DNA of 64,000 bases from Nitrospirota bacterium (lineage in GTDB: Bacteria; Nitrospirota; Thermodesulfovibrionia; UBA6902; JAJYJJ01), in the NCBI GenBank assembly GCA_021789595.1, contig JAJYJJ010000004.1, forward strand, positions 66,617-130,616. The letters are read 5' to 3'. This document shows positions 26,995 to 37,138 of this stretch, in pieces (the stretch's first letter is position 1; every line of letters begins with the position of its first letter). The position numbers were made by a program, and so were the translations under genes. Under the pieces are notes generated by a model. It did no database searches. It was not told the DNA's origin and worked only from the letters and a program-made list of their open reading frames with translations.

Positions 26995-27940
26995 ATGCCT
27001 TTATTATCTCCTGGACGAGTCTATGCCTTACCACATCCTTTTCTGTGAAGTATATAAATTCAATGCCCTCTATGCCCTTTAATATATCCCGAACCTCTAC
27101 AAGACCTGATGCCTTCCCTGTCGGAAGGTCAACCTGTGTTATATCACCTGTTATCACAGTCTTCGAGTTGAAACCAAGCCTTGTAAGAAACATCTTCATC
27201 TGCTCCCCTGTTGTGTTCTGCGCCTCATCGAGTATGATAAAGGAATCATTCAGGGTTCTACCCCTCATAAATGCAAGGGGGGCGATCTCTATTACCCCTC
27301 TTTCAATGAGTTTATTTGCCTTCTCTGCCTCCATCATATCAAAGAGTGCATCGTAAAGAGGCCTCAGATAGGGATTGACCTTTTCATACATGTCGCCTGG
27401 CAGGAATCCGAGTTTTTCTCCTGCCTCTACAGCAGGCCTTGCAAGGAGGATTCTGCCAACCTCTTTTTTTATAAGAGAATTTATAGCCATGGCCATGGCA
27501 AGGTATGTCTTTCCTGTTCCAGCAGGGCCGATGCCAATTACCATGTCATATCTTCTGATGGCCTCGATGTATCTTTTCTGTGTCTCGCTCTTTGGGACTA
27601 TGAATCTTTTTTTGGATGATACGGGGATGGTGTTCAGGAAGAGTTCCTTGATTGATGTGTCTTGTCCTTCTGAGGATGCCTTCAGGGCAAACCTTATGTC
27701 CTCAGGTTTTATAGTATAACCCCTTGAGCTTATCTCGCGGATCTCCTTTACAAGCCTCTCGGCCCTGGCAACAGATTCCTCAGGCCCTTTTATAAAGACC
27801 TTATTACCTCTAATACTGGCCTCTATACCAAGGGTCTCTTCAAGGAGTTTGAGACTCTGCTCTATTCCGCCATAGATGAGGTGAAGCTCCTTATCTTCGC
27901 TGAGATCTAATTCTACTGTTAACGTTTTACTGCCTCCATA
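26972..27940 (-). CDS. phoH: PhoH-like ATPase (possible frameshift or non-canonical start)
   Basis: Walker A 'GIGPAGTGKTYLA' and PhoH C-domain. The N-terminal PhoH-like domain (about 135 codons, 27536-27944) is open in frame but has no ATG/GTG/TTG. An ATG with an upstream GGAGG lies at 27940 in the +1 frame just before an A4 run. Confidence 0.6.
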   Translation of the reverse strand, partial: YGGSKTLTVELDLSEDKELHLIYGGIEQSLKLLEETLGIEASIRGNKVFIKGPEESVARAERLVKEIREISSRGYTIKPEDIRFALKASSEGQDTSIKELFLNTIPVSSKKRFIVPKSETQKRYIEAIRRYDMVIGIGPAGTGKTYLAMAMAINSLIKKEVGRILLARPAVEAGEKLGFLPGDMYEKVNPYLRPLYDALFDMMEAEKANKLIERGVIEIAPLAFMRGRTLNDSFIILDEAQNTTGEQMKMFLTRLGFNSKTVITGDITQVDLPTGKASGLVEVRDILKGIEGIEFIYFTEKDVVRHRLVQEIIKAYERYEKR

Positions 27941-27965
27941 TACCTATTTTATCACAGAATCCCTT

Positions 27966-28994
27966 TTATATAATAAGCATAGCATCGCCATAGGAAAAAA
28001 AACGATAACCCATTTTTACTGCCTCCATATATGTCCTTTTTATAGTATTGATGTCTGACAGGGCAGAGACGAGCATAAGCGGCGTTGACCTTGGAAGATG
28101 GAAGTTTGTTATAAGGGCATCAATGAACCTGAACCTGTATCCAGGGTAGATGAAGATTCCTGAGCTGCCAGATAATCTGCCTTCCGAGCCCTCAATTGCC
28201 CTTGTGCTTGTTGTGCCTACAGCTATAACCCTTCTTCCTTCTTTCTTTGCCTTGTTGATCTCAAGCATGGTATCCTCTGGTATATCAAATAATTCTGCAT
28301 CCATCCTGTGATGCTCGATGCATTGCACCCTTATTGGTCTGAATGTGCCGAGACCCACATAGAGGGTAAGGTATTTCACGATTACACCCTTTGCCTCAAG
28401 CTCTTTTATAATGGCCTCTGTGAAGTGCAGGCCTGCTGTTGGAGCTGCAATCGCCCCTTCTTTTTCAGCATAGACGGTCTGATACCTCTGTCTGTCTGAG
28501 ACATCAGGCTGCCTTTTTATATAGGGCGGAAGGGGCATGAGGCCGTATCTCCTTATGAGTTGCATTGTATCGCCGTTTGAATGGAATCTCAACATCGATA
28601 TCTCGCCCTTTGTGATTATCTCTCCTTCAAGTCCATTGCCAAAGGTGATGGCGCCCTTTGGATTACCTTTTACAAGGGTTTGCCATAGGCCATTGTCTAC
28701 CTCTCTTAAAAGGAGTAGCTCTATCCTGCCTTCCTGCATCCCGGGGTTTTCGGGTAACACCCTTTGAGCTGCGGTCTTTTTTCTGCCTATAAGCCTTGCA
28801 GGCAGCACCTTTGCGTTGTTTAAGATGAGGACATCACCGGTGTTAAGGTAATCGGCAATATCCCTGAATATGCGGTGTTCTATGGTACTGGTCTTTCTGT
28901 GAAGCACAAGCAGCCTTGAAGAGTCCCTTTCGGATAGCGGATACTGTGCTATGGATGCCTCGGGCAGATGGTAATCAAAGTCAGAAAGCTTCAA
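27966..28994 (-). CDS. queA: S-adenosylmethionine:tRNA ribosyltransferase-isomerase
   Basis: Canonical N-terminus 'MKLSDFDYHLPE..IAQYP' and full-length QueA homology. Confidence 0.9.
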   Translation of the reverse strand: MKLSDFDYHLPEASIAQYPLSERDSSRLLVLHRKTSTIEHRIFRDIADYLNTGDVLILNNAKVLPARLIGRKKTAAQRVLPENPGMQEGRIELLLLREVDNGLWQTLVKGNPKGAITFGNGLEGEIITKGEISMLRFHSNGDTMQLIRRYGLMPLPPYIKRQPDVSDRQRYQTVYAEKEGAIAAPTAGLHFTEAIIKELEAKGVIVKYLTLYVGLGTFRPIRVQCIEHHRMDAELFDIPEDTMLEINKAKKEGRRVIAVGTTSTRAIEGSEGRLSGSSGIFIYPGYRFRFIDALITNFHLPRSTPLMLVSALSDINTIKRTYMEAVKMGYRFFSYGDAMLII

Positions 28995-28999
28995 TGGCC

Positions 29000-30628
29000 T
29001 TATATGCTCAGGGTTTTTACTTCTTTCCTGCTGTTTATGAAGTCAAAAACAGTCTTTGTCCCGATAAGGGCTGTAAACAGGTTTATCATAACACCAAGGC
29101 TCAGGGTAACGGCAAAGCCCTTTATCGGTCCAGTCCCGAATTGAAAAAGCACGGCAGCAGTTATAAGGGTTGTGATATGGGAATCCACAATGGTAAGAAG
29201 TGCCTTGTCATAGCCTGCATCGACGGCAGCCCTCGGGGTCTTGCCTGACCTGAGTTCATCCCTCATCCTTTCAAACATAAGCACATTACTGTCCACAGCC
29301 ATACCTATAGCAAGGATAATCCCTGCTATGCCGGGCAGCGTAAGGGTTGCCCTCAGACCTGCCAATGCACCGAGCAGGAGGATGATATTCAGCCCAAGCG
29401 CTAAATCCGCTATAACCCCTGCGAATTTATAGTATACAGCCATAAACAGGATAACGAGGATGGAGCCTATAATCCCTGCCTTTATGCCTGCATCTATGGA
29501 ATCCTTTCCAAGCGATGGACCAACCGTTACATTCTGCACCATCTTCAGAGGTGCAGGCAGGGCGCCTTCGCCTATTACCACTGCGAGGGTCTTTGCCTCC
29601 TCCATGGAGAAGTTTCCTGTAATCTGGGCATTGCCGCCGCTGATCCTCTCCTGTATTACTGGAGCGGAATATACGGTGTTGTCGAGGATTATTGCAAGCC
29701 GCTTTTTTACATTCGCCGCTGTTATATCCTCAAAGAGTTTTGCCCCTGCAGCGTTAAAGGTAAGGGAGACATATGGTTCATTGTATCTCGTATCTATATT
29801 TACCTTTGCCTTCTCTACAACATTGCCTGTCATGAGCGCCTTTTTCTTGAGAAGGATAGGCCTCTTGCTTACAACCTTTCCTGTATCTCTGTCTATGACC
29901 TTTTCAAATAGTATCTCATCGTCCTGTGGAATCTTCGATTGAAATTCCTGTAAGATCCTGTCCTCATCACCAGGCGGTATGGATGCTGGCAGTTGAGATG
30001 CCACAGGGCTTTCATCATCAACGAGTTTAAACTCAAGCAGTGCGGTGCGGCCGATATTCTCCACCGCACTCCTGTAATCCTTTATCCCAGGCAGTTGTAC
30101 AACTATGTCGTTGGTTCCCTGCCGCTGTATTGTCGGCTCTGCAACGCCAAATTTATCAATCCTGTTCCTTATCTTTTCTATAGCCTGGTCAACGGCAGAG
30201 TGCTTTATCCGGTTTGTCTCCTTATCGGTCAGTTTGAAAACATAGTTGGTCCCGGATGTCTCTGCATAGATAAGGCTGGGTGAGTTTTCCTCGACCGCTT
30301 TTCTTATATCAGGGGTTGCAGGGGATGCCAGAAGCATTGAGCCGTTGGTACTTATATTAGCCTTTATATTCTTCTGCGCCAAGGTATCTTTTAAGGCTGA
30401 CGCTATTTTCTCTACCGTCAGCTCAACAGCCTTATCGCCCTCGACTTCAAAGACAAGATGCAGTCCTCCCTGGAGGTCAAGACCGAGGTTTATGCCCTTA
30501 TTCGGCATAGAATTTTTCCACCAATCAGGCATGTAATCGAAAAGTGTCGTATTAGGCAGAAACATCACAAATGCAAGAAGCAGTGTAGCGACTATTAGTA
30601 TAGACCTCCATAAAATCTTCTTCTTCAT
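29000..30628 (-). CDS. secD: protein translocase subunit SecD
   Basis: N-terminal TM, large periplasmic domain, and C-terminal 6-TM SecD/SecF-type domain. 542 aa, so not a SecDF fusion. Confidence 0.85.
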   Translation of the reverse strand: MKKKILWRSILIVATLLLAFVMFLPNTTLFDYMPDWWKNSMPNKGINLGLDLQGGLHLVFEVEGDKAVELTVEKIASALKDTLAQKNIKANISTNGSMLLASPATPDIRKAVEENSPSLIYAETSGTNYVFKLTDKETNRIKHSAVDQAIEKIRNRIDKFGVAEPTIQRQGTNDIVVQLPGIKDYRSAVENIGRTALLEFKLVDDESPVASQLPASIPPGDEDRILQEFQSKIPQDDEILFEKVIDRDTGKVVSKRPILLKKKALMTGNVVEKAKVNIDTRYNEPYVSLTFNAAGAKLFEDITAANVKKRLAIILDNTVYSAPVIQERISGGNAQITGNFSMEEAKTLAVVIGEGALPAPLKMVQNVTVGPSLGKDSIDAGIKAGIIGSILVILFMAVYYKFAGVIADLALGLNIILLLGALAGLRATLTLPGIAGIILAIGMAVDSNVLMFERMRDELRSGKTPRAAVDAGYDKALLTIVDSHITTLITAAVLFQFGTGPIKGFAVTLSLGVMINLFTALIGTKTVFDFINSRKEVKTLSI

Positions 30629-30760
30629 AAAATCAAAACCTCCTCATTAACGTATCATAGACAAGGACATCAGCCTGTTTTGTATATGGACAGATTATAA
30701 TCTGCCCCCATTTTTTATCCTGGAATTGCCTTTAAGAGCATCCAGGCTAAAATGGAGATA

Positions 30761-31099
30761 TTATTCGTCATCTGTCCTTATACCTGCAATTGCATTCCTG
30801 CTGACCTTGATTCTCACATTCTCTGCAATCTTCAGCACCAACTTGGTTGGATAAACCTCCTCTATGACCCCGTAGATGCCGCCTGTTGTTATTACCTTGT
30901 CCCCTTTTTTAAGGTTTCCAAGCATCTGTTTTAAGTCCTTTGCCCTTTTCTGCTGAGGTCTTATAAGCAGAAAATAGAAGATTGCAAAGATTATTATGAG
31001 GGGAAGTATGGACTGGAACATGGCAGCCGCTCCGTCAGTCTGTGCACCACCAGCACCCTGCGGCCTTGCCCCCATTGCATAAGCTATGTCATTAAACAT
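30761..31099 (-). CDS. yajC: preprotein translocase subunit YajC
   Basis: 'IIIFAIFYFLLIRPQQKR..KGDKVITTGGIYG' YajC signature. ATG at 31099 with GGAGG 7 nt upstream. The ORF-track start at 31153 is an extension. Confidence 0.8.
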   Translation of the reverse strand: MFNDIAYAMGARPQGAGGAQTDGAAAMFQSILPLIIIFAIFYFLLIRPQQKRAKDLKQMLGNLKKGDKVITTGGIYGVIEEVYPTKLVLKIAENVRIKVSRNAIAGIRTDDE

Positions 31100-31231
31100 G
31101 TGACACCTCCAGATAGTTTTAGATAATATACTTATTGTTATAGATTTAATCAAGTGGGTGGTAATCTGAGTGGTAATCTGATCTGAATCTGGGATTTGAC
31201 ATGGATACCATTTTAGAGTTATAAAATAAAG

Positions 31232-33985
31232 ATGTTAAAGAGGTTCATGCGGCTGGTGATCCCACTTATTGCTGCAACTGCCATTGCAATCGTTACAGGT
31301 ATGTTTAACCCTCAGGAAAGGCGGACTATCTTAATGCGTATTTTTCTAATAGCAATTGCGCTGCTTACACTGTTTGCATCTGCAGCGCGGACTGAAACCG
31401 GCGCCCCTGTTGTCCGTACAACTTTGAAAAACGGCCTGCGGGTAGTCATAATTAAGAACACCCTTGCGCCTGTGGTAACAACAGAGGTTAATTATCTTGT
31501 CGGCTCCAATGAAGCCCCATCAGGGTTTCCCGGCATGGCTCATGCCCAGGAGCATATGATGTTTCGCGGCAGTCCTGGCCTGTCAGCAGACCAGCTCTCC
31601 AGCATCATCGCTGCTATGGGCGGTAAATTCAATGCCGACACCCAGCAGACTGTAACGCAATATTTTCTCACAGTCCCGTCTGACGACCTTGATGTCGCTC
31701 TGCACATCGAGGCGACCCGGATGCGGGGCGTCCTTGATACGCAAAAACTCTGGCAGCAGGAACGGGGGGCTATTGAGCAGGAGGTAGCGCAGGACCTCTC
31801 TGATCCCCAGTATGTCTTCTACACTAAACTGCTTGCAGAGATGTTTGCAGGCACTCCTTATGCCCATGATGCGCTCGGCACACGCGCCTCCTTCGATAAA
31901 ACTACAGGCGCAATGCTCAAGAAGTTCTATAGCGCATGGTATAAACCGAGCAACGCAATTTTGATAATAGTGGGAAATCTTGATCCGGATCAAACGCTTG
32001 CAAAGGTGAAGCAGTTATTTGAAGGGATTCCATCGCATCCGGTATCACCCAGGCCAGAGATTCAACTACAACCGCTGAAGGCCGCAACCATTCAACTTGA
32101 AACCGATCTGCCTTACGGGTTGGCTGTTGTTGCCTATCGGCTGCCAGGATATGACAGTCCAGATTATGCAGCCGGGCAAGTCTTGGCGGATGTACTGGAC
32201 AGCCAGCGGGCAAACCTGTATGCGCTGGTGACCGAAGGGAAGGTGCTGTCCGCAGATTTCAGCATAGATGCGATTCCAAAAGCCGCGATCGGTTTTGCAA
32301 CAGCCGCATTTCCGCAAGGTGGGGAGGGCTTTGCCCTGCTCTCCACGCTAAAGGATGTCATAGCCAACTACCTGAAGAATGGCGTCCCTGCTGACCTGGT
32401 GGAGGCTGCAAAGCGCCATGAGATTGCAGATGCTGAATTCCAGAAGAATTCGGTTGAGGGGCTTGCTGCTTTATGGTCGCAGGCGCTTGCAGTTGAAGGG
32501 CGTAATTCTCCAGAGGACGATATCAACGCTATCAGGAAGGTAACTGTTGCGGATGTGAATCGCGTCGCAATGCAATACCTCATCAACGATACAGCGACAG
32601 TTGCCGTGTTAACGCCGCGACCCTCTGGTAAGGCAGTTTCCTCGAAAGGCTTCCATGGCAAGGAATCGTTCGCTCCGAAGAGGACAAGGCATGTCAAGCT
32701 GCCCGGGTGGGCGAAAAAGGCTATATCCTTACCCCGTATCCCGGACTCGACAGTGAATCCCACTGTCACAATGCTGCCTAACGGCCTGCGCCTCATTGTC
32801 CAGCCCGAGACGATCAGCCATACAATAAGCGTTTACGGAGGTGTAAAGAACAACCCTGACCTCGAAACGCCGAAGGGAAAGAAAGGAGCCGCTGAGATCC
32901 TCAACAGCCTCTTCTCCTACGGCACGACCCGTCTGAATCGGCTGGACTTCCAGAAGGCTCTTGATGACATTGCCGCCAACGAGTCAGCAGGGACAAGTTT
33001 TTCGCTCCAGGTCCTTGCTGGGCATTTCGACAGGGGAGTGCAACTCCTCGCTGACAACCTTCTGCACCCTGCCCTGCCAGAAGACGCATTTAAAGTTGTT
33101 CAGAAGGAGACAATCGCCGCAGTGGACGGGCAACTGCAAAGCCCAGCATATCGCTCCATGCGTGCGCTCCGCAAGGCGCTCTATCCCGAAGGCGACCCGG
33201 CGCTGCGCCAGTCCACGCCGTCTACTGTGTCATCCCTTACGCTCGATGACATCAAGGCCTATTACAACAAGGTATTCAGACCAGACATGACTACTATCGT
33301 TGTCATCGGGCAGGTGACGCCAGAGGAGGCGAGGTCAGTCATCGAAAGATATTTCGGGGAATGGAAGGCCGCTGGAGCCAAACCTGAAACTGAACTTCCG
33401 CCCGTGCCGCACAACAAACCGTCCTTGTCCGTTGTGCCTGATAAAAGCCGGGTGCAGGTTGAGGTGACACTCGCAGAAACGCTCGGGCTTACGCGCTGCA
33501 ACCCTGACTACTACACCCTGCAGATCGGCACCCATGTGCTGTCAGGCGCCTTTTATGCAACCCGTCTTTACCGAGACCTGCGTGAGGAGACAGGCCTTGT
33601 CTACGCTGTTGAAGCCTTTCTCAATGTCGGCAAGACCCGTTCGACCTATGGGGTATTCTATGCCTGCGACCCGCAGAATGTGTCAAAGGCGCGCGCCATC
33701 GTGGAGCGTGACATCCGCGAGATGCAGACAAAGTCAGTCACCCCTGTTGAACTGCAACGGGCTAAGGCGCTGATGATCAGGCAGATCCCACTTTCCGAAT
33801 CGAGCGTTGACAGCATTGGAGGGATGTTAATGCATCTTTCGCTTGAAGGCCTGCCGCTTGATGAGCCGCTCCGCGCGGCAAGACATTACCTTAAGATCAC
33901 AGCCCCACAGGTACGTGCGGCATTTGCCAGGTGGATACGGCCAGAGGGCTTTGTCCAGGTTACACTCGGCCCAAACCCGGAGTAG
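31232..33985 (+). CDS. fused tandem M16 family zinc peptidase (two M16 units, 917 aa)
   Basis: Signal peptide. HxxEH 'HAQEHMMFRGS' in the first unit; a second M16-like unit in the C-half. GC-rich with CGN arginine codons, unlike neighbouring genes. Confidence 0.8.
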   Translation: MLKRFMRLVIPLIAATAIAIVTGMFNPQERRTILMRIFLIAIALLTLFASAARTETGAPVVRTTLKNGLRVVIIKNTLAPVVTTEVNYLVGSNEAPSGFPGMAHAQEHMMFRGSPGLSADQLSSIIAAMGGKFNADTQQTVTQYFLTVPSDDLDVALHIEATRMRGVLDTQKLWQQERGAIEQEVAQDLSDPQYVFYTKLLAEMFAGTPYAHDALGTRASFDKTTGAMLKKFYSAWYKPSNAILIIVGNLDPDQTLAKVKQLFEGIPSHPVSPRPEIQLQPLKAATIQLETDLPYGLAVVAYRLPGYDSPDYAAGQVLADVLDSQRANLYALVTEGKVLSADFSIDAIPKAAIGFATAAFPQGGEGFALLSTLKDVIANYLKNGVPADLVEAAKRHEIADAEFQKNSVEGLAALWSQALAVEGRNSPEDDINAIRKVTVADVNRVAMQYLINDTATVAVLTPRPSGKAVSSKGFHGKESFAPKRTRHVKLPGWAKKAISLPRIPDSTVNPTVTMLPNGLRLIVQPETISHTISVYGGVKNNPDLETPKGKKGAAEILNSLFSYGTTRLNRLDFQKALDDIAANESAGTSFSLQVLAGHFDRGVQLLADNLLHPALPEDAFKVVQKETIAAVDGQLQSPAYRSMRALRKALYPEGDPALRQSTPSTVSSLTLDDIKAYYNKVFRPDMTTIVVIGQVTPEEARSVIERYFGEWKAAGAKPETELPPVPHNKPSLSVVPDKSRVQVEVTLAETLGLTRCNPDYYTLQIGTHVLSGAFYATRLYRDLREETGLVYAVEAFLNVGKTRSTYGVFYACDPQNVSKARAIVERDIREMQTKSVTPVELQRAKALMIRQIPLSESSVDSIGGMLMHLSLEGLPLDEPLRAARHYLKITAPQVRAAFARWIRPEGFVQVTLGPNPE

Positions 33986-34098
33986 CTGCGGAGAATTATG
34001 CCTGACGGGAAACTGGGCACAGAAAGTCGAGGACCTTTCAGGTGACATCTGAACGAAAAGCCAATTTGCAGGAAACCCCGCAACACCTTGATTTTTAA

Positions 34099-34174
<76 letters not shown>

Positions 34175-34426
34175 ACAGCCTTCAAGGATTTAGGGATTAG
34201 TATTAATGACTGTTTAAGATACAAAATTTCGCCATAATCGTCAAGTCGTTTTGTGCGTTTACCCCGCACCCAGAAAGCCCCGCCTTTTAGGCGGGGTAAA
34301 AAATATATAGCCAATTCCCCTTAAACATTATTTTATAATAACATTAATGGAGCGTTTTTAATATTGAAATCTTAAAAAATTTAAGGTCATTGCAGGGATA
34401 AAAAATAAGGTTTGATTATAGTTAAT

Positions 34427-34454
34427 TTGATGTGGTAGAAACTGATGGTATAAT
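34427..34454 (+). promoter_or_regulatory. candidate sigma70 promoter for the P-type ATPase gene
   Basis: TTGATG, 16 nt spacer, TATAAT, about 20 nt upstream of the GTG start at 34475. Confidence 0.35.
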
Positions 34455-34474
34455 GCTACGGATAGGCAATAAAA

Positions 34475-37039
34475 GTGAAAAGAGAATTTAGAGGATCTGA
34501 AATCAATAATATCCCTGGGCTTTCTGAGGCTGAAGCAGCTCAAAGGCTAAGAAAGGAAGGCTATAATGAACTCCCATCGAGTAAACAGCGTAGTGTTTTT
34601 GCTATTGCGTTTGAAGTCGTCCGTGAACCGATATTCTTGCTTTTAATTGCAGGCGGAACAATTTATCTGCTGCTGGGTGATATCCAGGAGGCAGTTATGC
34701 TGCTTGGCTTTGTCTTTGTTGTCATGGGCATTACACTTTATCAGGAACGCAAAACAGAACGTGCCTTAGAGGCCTTACGGGATTTATCAAGCCCTCGGGC
34801 ATTGGTAATAAGAGACGGCAGGCAAAAGAGGATCTCAGGTCGTGAGGTAGTAAGGGGCGATACTATAGTTCTGTCCGAGGGTGATCGCGTCCCGGCAGAC
34901 TCAATGCTCATTTCATGTGTAAATCTCTCTGTCGATGAATCTTTGTTGACAGGAGAGTCGGTTCCTGTGCGCAAGGTATCTTGTAGCGAGACATTGGAAA
35001 TGGTCCGTCCTGGAGGCGATAATCTGCCCTTTGTTTACTCTGGAACCTTAGTTGTGCAGGGCTTTGGTATTGCTCAAGTTCAAGCAACTGGCATCAATAC
35101 AGAAATTGGGAAAATAGGCAAGACACTGCAGAGGATTGAGCCCGAAAAGACCATTTTACAAAAAGAGACCAGTCGACTTGTGCGCAATCTTGCAATTGCA
35201 GGATTATCGCTCTGCGCCTTAGTCGTTATCATATATGGACTTACAAGAGACAATTGGCTGAACGGGCTTCTGGCAGGCATAACGCTCGCAATGGCTGTGC
35301 TGCCGGAGGAATTCGCGGTTGTGCTTACTGTGTTTCTTGCATTAGGAGCCTGGCGGATTTCCCAAAAAGGAGTTCTAACCCGTCGGGCACCAGCAGTAGA
35401 GACTCTCGGCGCAGCCACTGTTTTATGCGTGGATAAAACCGGGACCCTTACCCTGAACCAGATGTCAGTATGCAAGGTATTTTTTGGAGATAGAATCTAT
35501 GATTTGACTCAGTCCGGCAAATATCTTCCTGAAGACTTACATGGGATTGTGGAATTCAGCATACTGGCAAGCCAGATAGATCCCTTTGATCCAATGGAAA
35601 AGGCCTTGAGAGAACTTGGCGCGCATACCCTGTCTAATACCGAACACCTTCATGACAACTGGACATTGGTACAAGAATACCCCCTGTCGCAAAATCTGCT
35701 TACAATGTCTCGCGTCTGGAAATCACCTGATAGTAAGGACTATGTCATTGCTGCCAAGGGTGCGCCTGAGGCTATTGCTGATATATGTCATCTGGATAAA
35801 AAACAGATACACTGTTTATCAGAACAGATCAACTCCATGGCTGAGGAGGGGCTAAGAATAATCGGGGTGGCTAAGGCCAGCTTCAGACACACGGACCTCC
35901 CCGTCGAGCAGCACGACTTTAAGTTTGAGTTCTTAGGGCTTATTGGATTGGCAGATCCTGTACGCACTGGTGTTGCAGGGGCAATCAGGGAATGTTATAA
36001 CGCAGGTATAAGAGTCGTGATGATTACAGGTGACTATCCTGTTACAGCCCAAAACATAGCGGCTCAAATAGGCCTGAGGCAGTTGAATGGGCCCATTACA
36101 GGTTCAGAACTTGACAGGATGGATGATCCAGAACTCCAGCGGCGGATCAGAACAGTCAATATCTTTGCACGTGTTGTCCCAGAACAGAAGCTGCGTATAG
36201 TAAATGCCCTTAAGGCTAATGGCGAGATTGTAGCCATGACAGGTGATGGCGTTAATGATGCAGCAGCCTTGAAATCGGCTCACATCGGAATAGCCATGGG
36301 AGGGCGGGGTACAGATGTAGCCCGCGAGGCCTCGGATATAGTGTTGCTTGACGATGACTTTTCTTCTATAGTGCAGGCCATTAGAATGGGTCGAAGGATT
36401 TTTGACAATCTAAAGAAGGCAATGGCCTATATCCTTGCAATCCACATACCCATTGCAGGCATGTCATTGCTTCCTGTGCTTTTTAATTGGCCGCTTGTGC
36501 TTTTGCCTGTTCACATAGTATTTCTTGAATTAATCATCGACCCTGCCTGTTCAGTTGTATTTGAAGCTGAGTCTGAAGAAGCCCGTGTAATGGAACGGCC
36601 TCCACGCAATCTGCAGGAGCCGCTGTTTGATAAGAGGACTGTAGCCTTTAGCTTATCGCAGGGCATCAGTGTATTACTCGTTGTTCTGGCTGTATTCATT
36701 ATAGCGATTGACCGCGGTCAGGGAGAACTGGATGCCAGGGCGATCAGTTTCACCACACTTATTATCGCAAACCTCGGCTTGATATTAACAAACCGTTCAT
36801 GGTCCCGCACCATCTTGTCCACTCTGCGCTTGCCAAACGCCGCCCTCTGGTGGATTATAGGAGGAGCGATCTTCTTTCTGGGCATGGTGCTTTATGTTCC
36901 GTTTTTAAGAGGGCTGTTTCATTTCAGTAGATTACACCTTCTTGACCTGACTATCAGTTTGGCCGCGGGGGTTGTCAGCATCCTTTGGGTTGAGGCATTT
37001 AAAATGCTTAACAGACGGAGCAAGAGGTTATTGTCTTGA
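34475..37039 (+). CDS. cation-transporting P-type ATPase (P2-type, Ca2+/Mg2+ ATPase-like)
   Basis: Phosphorylation motif 'CVDKTGTLTLN', 'TGDYPVTAQ', hinge 'MTGDGVNDAAALK'. About 10 TM helices. 854 aa. Confidence 0.85.
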   Translation: MKREFRGSEINNIPGLSEAEAAQRLRKEGYNELPSSKQRSVFAIAFEVVREPIFLLLIAGGTIYLLLGDIQEAVMLLGFVFVVMGITLYQERKTERALEALRDLSSPRALVIRDGRQKRISGREVVRGDTIVLSEGDRVPADSMLISCVNLSVDESLLTGESVPVRKVSCSETLEMVRPGGDNLPFVYSGTLVVQGFGIAQVQATGINTEIGKIGKTLQRIEPEKTILQKETSRLVRNLAIAGLSLCALVVIIYGLTRDNWLNGLLAGITLAMAVLPEEFAVVLTVFLALGAWRISQKGVLTRRAPAVETLGAATVLCVDKTGTLTLNQMSVCKVFFGDRIYDLTQSGKYLPEDLHGIVEFSILASQIDPFDPMEKALRELGAHTLSNTEHLHDNWTLVQEYPLSQNLLTMSRVWKSPDSKDYVIAAKGAPEAIADICHLDKKQIHCLSEQINSMAEEGLRIIGVAKASFRHTDLPVEQHDFKFEFLGLIGLADPVRTGVAGAIRECYNAGIRVVMITGDYPVTAQNIAAQIGLRQLNGPITGSELDRMDDPELQRRIRTVNIFARVVPEQKLRIVNALKANGEIVAMTGDGVNDAAALKSAHIGIAMGGRGTDVAREASDIVLLDDDFSSIVQAIRMGRRIFDNLKKAMAYILAIHIPIAGMSLLPVLFNWPLVLLPVHIVFLELIIDPACSVVFEAESEEARVMERPPRNLQEPLFDKRTVAFSLSQGISVLLVVLAVFIIAIDRGQGELDARAISFTTLIIANLGLILTNRSWSRTILSTLRLPNAALWWIIGGAIFFLGMVLYVPFLRGLFHFSRLHLLDLTISLAAGVVSILWVEAFKMLNRRSKRLLS

Positions 37040-37138
37040 GGGGTTTGTGTAATAAGCGGTAGCGCAAGGGGGAAACGCCCATATCGGTATGTATCAAGCC
37101 TTACATAAACCTGCTATAATATTGTAAAGGGAAATCCA

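Noticed and set aside
31583-33773. A dozen 60-140 aa ORFs on both strands inside the 917-aa M16 peptidase gene
   Set aside because: These are artefacts of elevated GC (few stop codons). All overlap the M16 frame, which has clear HxxEH and M16 homology.
34255-34305. GC-rich hairpin GCCCCGCC-TTTTA-GGCGGGG downstream of tRNA-Lys
   Set aside because: It lacks a U-tract on the strand where it would terminate a gene (A-rich 3' side on plus; it lies upstream of the tRNA on minus). Left unannotated as a terminator, it may simply be a structural or insulating element.
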